Shown here piece after piece: positions 45,291 to 57,207 of a stretch of DNA of 64,000 nt. A program made the translations under genes and the position numbers. The notes beneath the pieces were generated by a model that was given only the letters and a program-made list of their open reading frames with translations, did no database searches and was not told the DNA's origin. Position 1 is the stretch's first letter, and each line of letters opens with the position of its first letter. The DNA lies in NCBI GenBank assembly GCA_026770705.1, contig JANJGN010000036.1, forward strand, positions 1,674,001-1,738,000. The letters are read 5' to 3'. This DNA is from Isurus oxyrinchus (lineage: Eukaryota).

Positions 45291-48230
45291 TAAAGGGAGG
45301 AAGAATTGGTGTGTATGTGTCCGGGAGGGGCGTTGGGCCGTCGAGAACAAGGCGATAGAACCTTAAAATTAGAGCCACAATGTTCAGGGATGATGTTAGG
45401 CAGCTCCTCGTCACACAGAAGTGTGTGCAAATCTGGAACTCTCACTCCATCCCTCCCACCAAAACAAAAACTGTTAAGGCGGTGGCTTCGATTTGAAAAG
45501 ATCAAAACTGAGATGGATTGATTTTTTTGGGGGTGAGGAGTTTAACAATAATGGAAACAAGATGGTTCGATCGAAATTAAGATACTCATCTGACATGAGC
45601 TAATTGATTTGGCAGGAGGGGCTGAATGGCCTCCTCCTATTCCTATGATGATGGTGTTTGTTATATTGATATATTCGGTTTTCATTTTTTCTCCACAGTC
45701 ACTTTATGCCCGCTTGGCCTTTAAGAAGTATTGCAAATCTGATTTGAGAGGAAAGAGGGAAATAGATCACAGTCTGCTTCCCGAATATGACGTGCTGTCG
45801 AAACTTCCCTGTTGGGCCGGAAATTCCTTAAGTCCAACCAGTGCAAATTCAGACCATTGTTGTGATGTCGCCCAAAGCAGGAACTGAATAATCTCTCAGT
45901 GTACCCTATTCTAATGGTGAAATATCCCCTGCATTTCCATTCCGGCCTCTCCTGCTTTCTGTTATCTGGTACTGGTTTATAATTGCCTTCTGCATCGTTA
46001 TGCAATATGTGAGCAAGATATTATTCAAATAGGTTTTACAATGCAACTGTGCGCAATTTACCTATTTAGTAAAATAGATTTTAAAACCAATGTTACCTCT
46101 ATGATTTCAGTTTTTTTTATCATTCAGACCAGATGCACCCAGGGTATTTCTGAGGGCAATTTACAAATACATTTATAGAGCGAATGTAAGCAGGATAGAA
46201 GTAGGGGTATGGACCAACAGGTACTGGATGGGGAGTTAGGGTGCACTGATACAAAAACTGCAGTGTAAGTGGACCCTGAGCCTTCACTGGTTTGTCCTGT
46301 GAGTAAACAAAATTAAATTTACTCTTGAAAGAAGATCAAATCTTCCGCTCTTTTGATAATGCATTTGCGTGGGTTTTGCTGACTAAAATCACTGTTGCGA
46401 AGACACTGAAAGCACAGCAGGAGGACATTTGTTCCGTCACACCTATGCCAGGTCTTTGGATGTTCACTTTAGCCCCACACACCAGATGTCTCCCCATGAC
46501 CCTAAGAATTATTCCTCCAGGAAATGTTAGCATCTATCCTGCTTACAGCACCACCCAGCGGCTGTGACTGAAAGAGGTTTTCTGGCGATGTTCATAATTC
46601 ACAAACATGGACACAATTCGATCCTCACATTGGAAGGTCTTTCAAACACGTTTTAAATGCTGGTTCACTGAGATGATGCGATTTACTTCCATCGCATCTT
46701 TAACCTCATAAATATTAAAAAAGATATTCTGGAAGCCCAGGGTGTGCTTATTAATGAATATTTTTGTTGGTGATTGAACTTTGAACTGCAGAAGGTCTTG
46801 TGATTCCACTTCCTCATGGGTAGTAACATCCCCAAATTAACAGCAGCGCATTTTACAGTAAAGAATAATTCTGCACAGATATTTCGAGAGTATTTACAGA
46901 TACTTATTGAAAGATGCAACTCGTAAGTCTCATTCTGCTAAACAAAGGTCAGCTGTCTGGCAAGTTTCTGTCCTCCTCAACCTGCAGGAAAACAATTGCT
47001 TTGTTACAAAAAATAACAGGGATTCCAGCGAGCCGTTCCCTATTCTCCCTACCCTGAGAACCATTCGTCGTGCTGATCACCCTATGTATCATAGACATCA
47101 GGTAGCCGAGCTCTTAATATCTCGACCGATTAATCCGACAGGCAGATTGGAGCCATTAAGTCCCTCTCGTTGGATGTGGCAATCGACATGATCATGGGTG
47201 ATGTTAGGAAATATAGATAGGTTATATAAGTTATATGTTTATTTGGGTTTAATATGTATAAAATACATCTTTAATATCAGGTGTATTTTAAACATTTTTT
47301 ACTCTTTGAATGTTCAAATATGAAAATTGGGATATAGTTTCAGTTTTGTGTAGAGGCAGAGATCTGAAGCACTGTTTGCATACTTGCATTTACAATGGGT
47401 TTTATGACTCTTGTAAAGAAGGTAAATCAAATACAAGGGGTAGAAAAAGTACTGCTGTTGCCTAGCAAGAGGGGACCAGAGAGGGAGGGTCACACACACG
47501 CACGAACAAACACACACACAGACACAAGCACACACATGCGCACACACAACAGAGAGAGAGAGATAGAGGGAGAAGGAGAGAAGGGTGGGGTTGGACGGAT
47601 GGTGGGGCGGGGGGGGGGGGGGTGTCGGGGGGGTGGAGAGAAAGCAGCAGTTGGAGTTCACTTGGGAGGAGCTGCCACAGAGAGGCGAGGCAGCAGAGGG
47701 ACAGATAGCAAGTCCCAAACCGAAGTTGAAGCCAAGACTCCAGAGAAGCAGTCTACTGGGAGAAGGAGCTGCAGGGAGTAGAATTTTCAAAAGATCGTAC
47801 AGGTCCCAAGGCCAAGGAACGAGACAGGAAGAGGAGAAAGTCCCAAGGTGGCTTTCTAGCCAAATGACGGACAGTAACCTGGAAAGGATCCTGCTTCGTG
47901 AAGTTACGAGTGAGGGCCAGAGGAAGGCTGCAAACTTTAAACTTAAAGAGAGGAAGATGCGGGCAGCATATTTACTTCGAGATATGCTTGAGACAAGGCA
48001 GAATGTCTAAGGAGACAGCTAATGGTCTGTAACTCTTTAATGTGGACATGTCAATCAGTGTTTCGTTGTTGATGGTTGAGTCAGTGAAAATGAATTCGTG
48101 TTGGAAAGTTTCAGTGTATGTGGTGATCCTGTGGAGAGAAACATTGGAAGGAGAGTCGAAGCTCTGGAGGTAGATACTTGTGAAAGTCTCGAGGGAGAAA
48201 ACATCGGTTTGGGAGAAGGTCCCAAAGCGA
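45290..48230 (+). repeat. Segmental duplicate of about 61150-64000 (B3 last intron, tail exon and 3' flank)
   Basis: Collinear anchors, e.g. GTGACTGAAAG..ACACAATTCG (46564/62412), TGATCATGG.TGATGTTAGGAAAT (47189/63030), TGTAACTCTTTA.TGTGGACATG (48028/63803). Confidence 0.9.
45699..45887 (+). pseudogene. Orphan B-type terminal exon (B4) with SLYARL ITIM
   Basis: CCACAG|SLYARLAFKK...; upstream exons absent, CR1 sequence in their place. Confidence 0.75.
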
Positions 48231-50771
48231 GTTCCTGGAGAGTGGAGATTGAAAAGCATCTTCTGAGAGACGGAGAACAATGAAACTGGTTGTCTCACAG
48301 TGTGACAAGTGTCATATCGGGCAGTGTCTTGGGACCGTAGCGATGGGGTTTGAAAAGAGGCCCATGGCATCTGTTTGGTGTGTGGTGCACGTGGTGGGTC
48401 GAGTTGATTGGATATTCCTATAGTCTCAATTTACCATGCAAATCTAGCTGGGGAGTTACAGGAAGGAAGCTCTGTTCAGGCTGTACCTAAACCTAAGCCC
48501 CTCACGTGTAAAAAAGGGCAGCTGCCTTTGAGGGAGAAACACCACCAAACATTCAGTTTGCTGCCACCGGAGAAGATGGTTGAAGGACTGAATGACCCAA
48601 TTCACATCCAAGCTTGAGAATTTTAAAAGTGATGCATTAATCTGCCCAGATGCCATTTGACAGGAAATAGTTAATGATTCCTTCAGAGACCCAGTTAAAC
48701 TCTTTTCGAATTTACAACGAAGCGCTTTATTGGTGGATTTATGGCTTCAGGCGATATTTTAAAAAAGTATTCCCAGGATGTGTGCTTCGCTGGCTGGGCC
48801 AGCATTTATTGCCAATCCCTAACTGCCCTTGAGAAGGTGGTGTGAGCTGTCTTCTTGAACCGCTGCAGTCTATGTGGTGTAGGTACACACACAGTGCTGT
48901 CAGGGAGGTTGTTCCAGGATTTCGACCCAGAGACAGTGAAGGAACGTCGATACATTCCCAAGTCACGATGATGAGTGTTTTCGGGAACTTCCAGGTGATG
49001 TTGTTCCCAAATAGCTGCTACCGTTGTCCTTCTAGGTGGTAGCCGTCATTGGTTTGAAAGATGCTGTCTTAGCAGCCTTGGTGAATTCCTGCACCGCATC
49101 TTGTAGAAGGTAAACAAAGTGCTACTGTGCTTTGCTGTTGGAGGGAGTGGTTTTTTTTGATGGGTTGCCAATCAAGCGGACTGCTTTGCCCTCGACGTGT
49201 CCAGCTTCTTCAGTAGAAGCCGCACACATCCAGGCAAGTGAGGAGTACTTGAAGCAGGAAAAATGTATATGTCTAGATGTTTTGTAACTTGCAGATCGTG
49301 GTGCCCCGTTCTGCCCTTCTTCTTTGAGGTGGCAGAGTTTGCTTGTTTGGAATGTGCTGCCGAAGGGTCCTTGAGGAGTAGGTGCTGTTCACCTCGTGTT
49401 TACTTCAGGCTGCAGCCACTGTGCGTCGGTGGTGGGGCGGGTGAATATTTGAGGTTATGGACGAGGTGTTGCTCAAGCAGACTGGATCAGTGACAGCGTG
49501 GTTATCAAACCTACATCTTCGAGAAAGATTGAAATGAGCAACATAGTCAAAACTGACCACGAGAAATCACACGCAAATTCCCTGTCTGACAGGTGATTAA
49601 ATAAATAGAGCTTATTTTACATTCCCTGTCAATGTTTAAATTATCCCTTTGCTCCTGCAGAGACCTGTTTAAAATATCTGAATCGCTTGACAACCATCCT
49701 CCCCGCAACTGGATACCTTATAAACTGGGAAAATAGGCAATTTAATCTCCCGCATAGGCTAAGTTAACTCACCTCAGTGCAGGCCAGAGAATCCACCCAG
49801 CTTTTAATGGCCTTTAAGTACCTAAGTGTGCCACGTACTATTTTGAAAGAGATTGAACAGTACTGCAATACATCACCAAGTGGTGCCGCCACGTTATACA
49901 CCTCATCATGTCGTATGAATAACTTATATATGTTTTTGGATAACTGAAATATTACACAGTCTGCAGCGGTTTGCTGTCCTATGGGCCGATATTTGGTACT
50001 TATCCCAGTGTGCATCCCTGGCAAATGCAAGCAGAGCACAGAGATCTATGTCACAGTTGAAGCCCGATATCTTTCTCCAGAAGGACTGCTGCATCTCTTT
50101 CTACATTTGCTTGACAAAGACACATTGCACCAATTAATCTGCCCTCTTCTCCATTTAATCACAGACTGATCATTTATCTACATTTCCTCCCTTCCCTGCT
50201 CTTTGTTTGAAACTTGTAAAGTGAGTAAACGTTTCGAGCTCTGGTCTGAAGCATTACGTCAGTGATGCTCATAGAAAGACGAAGGGTTATCCAGATCTTC
50301 AGAAGACAAAGACTTGTCTTGTAAATGTCAACTCTATTTGTAAATGTGGTGAGCAACATACAATATTGGAAGAACGTAACGTGGTTTGCATCATATGTAA
50401 TGTCAGAAATTAAGGGTCACGTATGAACGTTTATAAATTTTCAGGAATAATGTGTACTTTAGTAGAAAGAACGACTTTTCTCAAATTCCCTCACTCCCTT
50501 ACAAAGCCTCATGCCTCCCGCTCGAATAAGTTTTCAAAATCATTTGAAGTTTTGCAGATGAATTTTCAAGGTTTTATTTATCGATTCTGGTTTCAGTGAA
50601 ATATTGCTCACTTCCATATCTCCCCCTTGCAACTTACACCAGGTATAGTCCAGTTGAAATGAGTTGCGAGGGGAAAGTTGACTGTTTGGCCGTCAACTGG
50701 CTGCTGAAGTTTGGAAATTGCACCGCAAATGCAGTGGATTATTTGGCAAATTCTGTCTCCTCCACAATTCA

Positions 50772-53700
50772 TCAGAGTAAATCCATCCCGGGTTCCCATC
50801 TGCGATCCGCCTTCTTTTTCGATCTATTTTCCAATGCAGCAAACTCCAGCGAGGTAAAGGGAGGTCCTCCCCAAGACTGGGAAATATATTAAACATTACT
50901 ATTAAAAGCAAGTAAAAGACAGGTCAGGTAATCTCTCTAACATTTATCAAAGTATTTCCTGATTTTTCTCTGTTAAACAATGCTCAGCTCTATCTCCACG
51001 CTGAACTTGTGGCTGCTTTGATGTTCCTGCCATTTAACATTGATTCTCTCCTCTCCCTTGGTGAATCCCTGATAGTTTCCAGTCCGCCCCCTGAGGGAGG
51101 GTTTGTATCACTTTAATCAAATGATAGAGACAAACGTTTACGGAGATGAGGATTCGCCCTTTTAAATTCATTCATTCACACAGAGACAAAATAACACCAA
51201 TTGCAACCAGCCCTGCTGCTTCTGACATGACGTTAGGCTTTTCACCCCCAATACCAAAACAGTTCCAGAACTGATATTTAATTTTTGTCCTTGGAATTAT
51301 TTTTCTCTTTAGATATTTACCTCAATGCCATTTAAAAGTTAATATTGACAGCGGAAGCTGAGCCAAGAACTCACACATCGACGCGCGTACACACATAAGG
51401 CGAAACTCATAGGCACAGAAATACACACGCACGCACCCGGAACGACACACGCGCGCACATAAATATCTATATTGTACACACACACACACAAACACACACA
51501 CACAAGCACAAAACAAACTGGATTCGAACAAAAATGCAATGCAAGTGTTAGGTCTTGTAAATCCTGGCTAATGTGCCAGAAAAAAAAGTGCAGAAAATTG
51601 TCGAGCGGTCTTGGAATCAGACTTGAAAGATCATGGAACATGTCAGCGTCTATCATTGGAATCAGTGTTGGAATTGAACTGGGTTAGACACAGTGTTAAA
51701 TATGGACAGGGCGTTCGGGATAAAGTGTTCAAATGGCTCAGTTAGTCACTTTTCATTGGGGGATCTCTTGTCTCGTTCTTATGAAAGGAGAATCTGTAAT
51801 TCGCAGTTTAAAACTGCGAGAACAGAATCACATTGGACAACCAATTATGAAAATGTCCCTGATAAACATTGATCCTGACCTGATCTGCCGCTTTTATGTG
51901 TCCAAATGAAAATGAACATCAAGAGTAGAACTGGGATCGCCGCCACTATTCTGATAACATTAAGAGTCGGAATGCAGCATCCTACAGAGAAAACACAATT
52001 AGAAAAAGCTGCTCGGTCCAATCATTATTTTCCGAGATTCCCTCATGGGAAACGTGATGCAGTTAAAAGTTGGTGCCTCAAACAGCAAGTGCGACAGATC
52101 GCGGCGAATGGACGCACGGAATGAAATATATGAAGCAATGTTTTCCAGTTGAGATCAATTGGAGGACAGCACTGTCAGGATTAGTCCAAGCTTATAATGT
52201 ATCAGGATGAAAAGATCTTACCAATGTCTACCTGGAAACTGAGCTGGAGAATGATAGACTGAACCAACAAGGAAGGAGGCAGTTCGGCCCATCATGTCTG
52301 TGCCAGCTGTTTGTGTTAAATAAATCAACACATTTTTTTACGTTTGGTTCTCTCTCAGTGAAAAGAGTTTCTCCTTATTCACTCTATCAAAACCATTCAT
52401 GATTTTGAGCATCTGTGCAAAAAGTTCCCGTTAACCTTCTCTCCTGTAAGGAGAACAAGCCCAGATTCTCCATTCTCTCCACATTAACGGCCGCATTCTG
52501 GTAAATGTTCAAAGTACCTTCTCCTAGGGCACAACACTCCAGCTTGCCTCTGACCAGGCTTTATAAATTGCAAGTTTCCCTTCTATTTGATTCCTCCATT
52601 ATTTAAGCCGAGGTCTCCCAATGTCTTTTAGCGACAATCACAACTTGTCCTGCCACCTTGAGATATTAGTATACATGCGCTACCTCCCAATGAGAGTTCA
52701 AACCGATCAGCTCTAAATAACCCAACTTCAATGTCGGTTGATAACCCGAGGTTAGTGTTAAATCCGGCTTACTGATATCACCAACTGATATTAAAATTAA
52801 ACTGCATTTTTTCAGGTAAATTCAGATTGATAAAGTACATTCCGGGAAAAGAAGACGGAGAAAGGAGGAATTGAGTGGTAGCTACGACCCTGCACATTCA
52901 TCGCTTTTCCCCAGCTATCTCATCTCTTCACTGCTTTCTGCTCATAAACGCATTCAGTGTGGAACTAATCTCAACCCTGTTCCTCATCCACTGCCTGAAA
53001 TTACGGGGAATCCGAATGAATTATACCTTTCATCAGGGATTTCGGATTATTTAAGGAGATTTTATGAAGGGGAAAGTGTTACAGATTATTGGGAAAGAGT
53101 GCAATTAATTGAATATCCCCTTTCTGTGCTGTATCACACTGTAATTTTAAGATGTCGCATAGTAACATAAGGCGAGTCAAGAAAGTCTCCCACTCGGACA
53201 GAGGGAAACATTAAATTATGCCAAGAGATTGAATGCACTTTTTAACTTACATTATAGACAGACACAGACGCAATCATACATATGTATATAAGATATATGT
53301 ATATACACAAACATACACACATAGAGACACATATACACACATATTCATACGCACACATATTTCCAAACAGGCATACACACCCGTACATTATCTATATATC
53401 CATGGTATTCTGTGGATTTCCTGGACATGATTAATTCGGGCTATTAGAAATTACCGAATTAGTCCCACTGATACTTTGAATAAAAGCCACCATTGAATAT
53501 ATCACCAGCTCACCTATCCCTGCCTGTGCTGATTTGGACAACGTGCTCTTGGTCCAATATTTTTTTTCTGGAGACCCCCAGTGGAACAATATAAGTGCAC
53601 ACAGCGTCTCTATTCCAGGTTTCCCTCGACACCATGACGTGGCTTCTGATAATGTAGGTCCCGTCTGCCTCACTTGTACCGGGATCGCTCGGTCTCTCGG

Positions 53701-54724
53701 TGACCAGGCCGGAAATATTCTACAAAATAGCAATCTGGTTGGTGAAACACCACTACCAAATACACTAAGGGGGCGGTTTCCCTCAAAGGCAGCTCACCCG
53801 GCGGGGCAAACACCACCAAAACCGTCTTGTTTGTGGGACTGTCTGGACAGAGTTTGCGGGACAGTTAACGCTTAATTTGCACGATATGTTAATATTGTGT
53901 ACGAGCTGAATTCATTTCAATTACTCTCTCACCTCCAACCAGTGGAGTCGATCCATTCTGGAGAAGTGCATAGCCATCCTTCTCAGCAAATACAAACTTC
54001 AAATTTGTCGAGGTCGCAGGTTTAGAAGGTGAACGCCTGGATTTCGGAAAGTAGCATCATTGTACTCCACCTCATTTATTCTGTGAAAGTGGTTGTACAA
54101 GACTTGTGATAAAATCTGGCCCACTCATTCAGCTGGAGATTGCGAATTTGTTGAAAGGATTCATATTCGCTGTCACCTGTTTTTGGAAATAAAAATACTA
54201 TGGGTCCACTGAGAAGGAGAGATATCGACAAGATTCGTGTCTTCACACACACGCTGTTTGTACCAGAAATAGCTCGACACAAATTCCACTTCATAAATGT
54301 AGTGGCAGATTAATTCCACCGTGTCTGCGACTTCAGCTGTCATTATGAAGGGACCCTGAAACAGAGAGGGCTCGGATTCTGCAACTAGAGAGATTATTGC
54401 TACATTACCGCAAGTTACTGAGAGATAGGACGCAGCCGGTTTGAAACACGTCGCATTAATTCAAGAACAGTCACATCATTATTTTCAATTACTTTTGGCT
54501 AGATTAATTCTGGAATTTGCGGGGTTTTTTTCACTTTATGGGAGGAATCATTAAATGAACTCACATGATTGGAGCAAATCCCTTCACCTGAACACTGGGT
54601 CAGAATTTCAGCTTTGTTTCCACTGTTTCTGCTGATTCAGTTTAAAATTTTCACCCGCCTCTTACTTACCAGAAATTCGCAGCAGTTGGAAAATGAGCAT
54701 CAGAGGTAAAGATTCCTTGGACAT
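50772..54724 (-). pseudogene. A2 pseudogene; exons 54724-54670, 54378-53933, 53842-53514, 51981-51880, 51793-51750, 50876-50772
   Basis: Leader MSKESLPLMLIFQLLRIS; V MTAEVADTVELIC..SSYFWYKQRV with a frameshift and an insertion replacing DSGSYYC; 90-bp V-C intron as in A1; C1 Cys>Tyr plus frameshifts; TM GCCIPTLNVIRIVAAIPVLLLMFIFIW; terminal exon PPFTSL. Confidence 0.9.
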
Positions 54725-55939
54725 CTTGATGCGGTGAGTTCTCCCTGTTTTCGCTCTCACCAGTTTGTTACTGCAGGTCGAGTGGCCGCAGACTGACCTG
54801 AGCTCAGTCCCAGTGAGTTGCTCCCCTTTCAAATGCGGCGGAAACTATGACGAGCTATGCTATTGGACAGATGACACTTTTTAGGTACGGGTCCTGGTGA
54901 GTGCCACACCTTAACACACTAAGGTCACCGTCTGTGCGTCACAGCTGTCAAGTCGCCGAATGTTTAAAAAGAACTTTACTGGGCTGTCGTTCACGGGGGC
55001 AGCGGTGGGGGTAACAGAATACTAATTGTATGGTGGATCTTCAAAGTTGAAGATAAAATTTGATTCATTCCCGGCATGTAAGCCTCACTGGCAAAGCAAG
55101 CATGTATTAACCATCTCTAATTGCTTCTTGAGAAGATGATGGTCAGCCGCCTTCTTGAGCTGCTGCGTGCCACGTGGAGTAGGTACACCCACAGTGCAGT
55201 TAGGAAGAGAGTTCCAGTATATTGACCCAGTGACAGTGAAGGACCTGCAGTCCTTTCCAAGTCAGGGTGTCACGTGGCTTAGAGAGTACTTGCAGGTGGT
55301 GGTGATCCCATGCAACTGCTGCCCTGGTACTTCAAGGTTGTAGAGGTCGCAGGTTTGGAAGGTGAATGCCTGGTATTCAGAAAGGAGTATCATTATACCG
55401 CATATAATTTATTCTTTGAAGAGGTTGTACAAGATTCTTGATAAACTCTGGTTAACCCCGAGTTTGGGAAACATGGAATGAAATAGGCATGGTTTGATTT
55501 GTATGTGAATTACTAGCATCTTATTCTCCATAACACAAGTTACACAGAGACCTAGAGTGGAATTCTAATGGGACAAACACGTTCATTCACGACACATATA
55601 GAGAATCTCAGTGAACGAAACTCTTTCGAATTCAGTTCTACTCCTTAAAAGTTCCGTGCATTGCCCTCCTTTTGTTTAAGTCTCATTAACCAGGTTTTCA
55701 ACTGTCTTAATCTGTGATACAAAACACCAGTGGGGATTTACCTGAATCCAGTGTTCTGAGTTCGTGGTAGAATTTTATTTGCCAACGACCTGATTGATCC
55801 CTTGAAGGGAATTTCAAACAATAATACATTTTTCGCTTTATGTTTTAGGCTAAGTGCGTTCACAGCAGTTCAATGGAAAATTCAGTGTGCAGTTATGACG
55901 TGCAACAAGCTGTCAAGCATCATTGATGTTACAGTTTAT

Positions 55940-56960
55940 AGAGTTACATCAAATTCATAGCACAGAAACAAGCCATTCGACCCGGTTGCTCGTGCTCATC
56001 TTCATGCTCCGCACGAGGCTCCTCCCACCCGTTCTTGATCTCACTACAAAATCAAAATTTTCTCTTCCTTTCCCCCTCGAGTGTTTGTTCAGGTTCCCAC
56101 TTAAATGGATCTCTGCAATAGCTTCAAACATTTCCTGTGGGAGAGGGTTCCACATTCTCCCCACTGCCTGTGTAAAAAAAGATTCTGCTGAATTCCCGAA
56201 TGGATTTATCTGCTATCAATGACCCATGGTTACCGAGGGTCAGAGGAACACGAGGTTAGGTCATTGCGCCCTTCGAGCCTGCACCACCATTCAATAATAT
56301 CATTGGCCGATGTGGTTTTAGTCTTGAACCCATTTTCCTGTCTGCCGCATATAGGCCTTGACTACCTTGCCGAAAAAATCGGTCTAACATGGCCTTGAAT
56401 AAATTGAAAGACCCAACATCCACTACTTTCTGGGGAAGAGAATTGCACGCACCGACGACTCTTTGGGTGAAAAATAATCTCCTCATCTCTGTCTTAACAT
56501 GTGGACCTCTATCTTTGATCCATGCCTCTAACTTTTGCCACAACAGGATTCATCCTCCGGGTATCCGCCCTATCAGGGCCCCTCAGGAATTTACATGTTT
56601 CAATTAGATCACCTTTGATTCTTCTAAACCCCAATGGGAATTCCTGAATTCTCCTGGATTCGCGGTTGGACTTATTGATGACCTATATTTTTGAAATCCT
56701 GCAGATGTAGAGGCATCTTCCCTTCCGTCTGCTGAAATAAACCATTTCGTCACTTTAAAGACCTCGATCAGGGTACCCTTCAACCTTCCCTCTTTTTAGA
56801 AAAAAGGGCTCCAGCCGGTTCATTCTTTGCTGTTAGAAATAAGCTCCCTATTCTGATATCATTCGTGTGAAACATTAACTGCACCTTTTCCAGTGCCTCT
56901 GTATTCATTCTAGAATATGCAGAACTGTTTTCTGTACTCCAAGTGTGGCCTAAATGAGGT
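55940..56960 (-). mobile_element. Cluster of CR1 3' fragments between A2 and B3
   Basis: EMRRLFFTQRVVGACNSLPQKVVD..FKAMLDRF; RMWNPLPQ. Confidence 0.85.
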
Positions 56961-57207
56961 ATTGGCCTTTGGTAAAAAAAACAAACATTTCATGAGCGCG
57001 TGGCACTTTGGCCTGTAATAAACAGGAAAATCGCAGATAGTTGTCTACCTCGACACCATGTTCCAACCCCTTTCATATACCTATGAATAAACACAGAAGG
57101 CCGTTCATCTGCACATTTCACATCTCCTTCACACGGCGATATCGAGAACGAGTTCTCAGTGAGTTTCGCATCGGGGCTCAGAGTCTGATCGCCTGAAGTT
57201 ACGTAAA

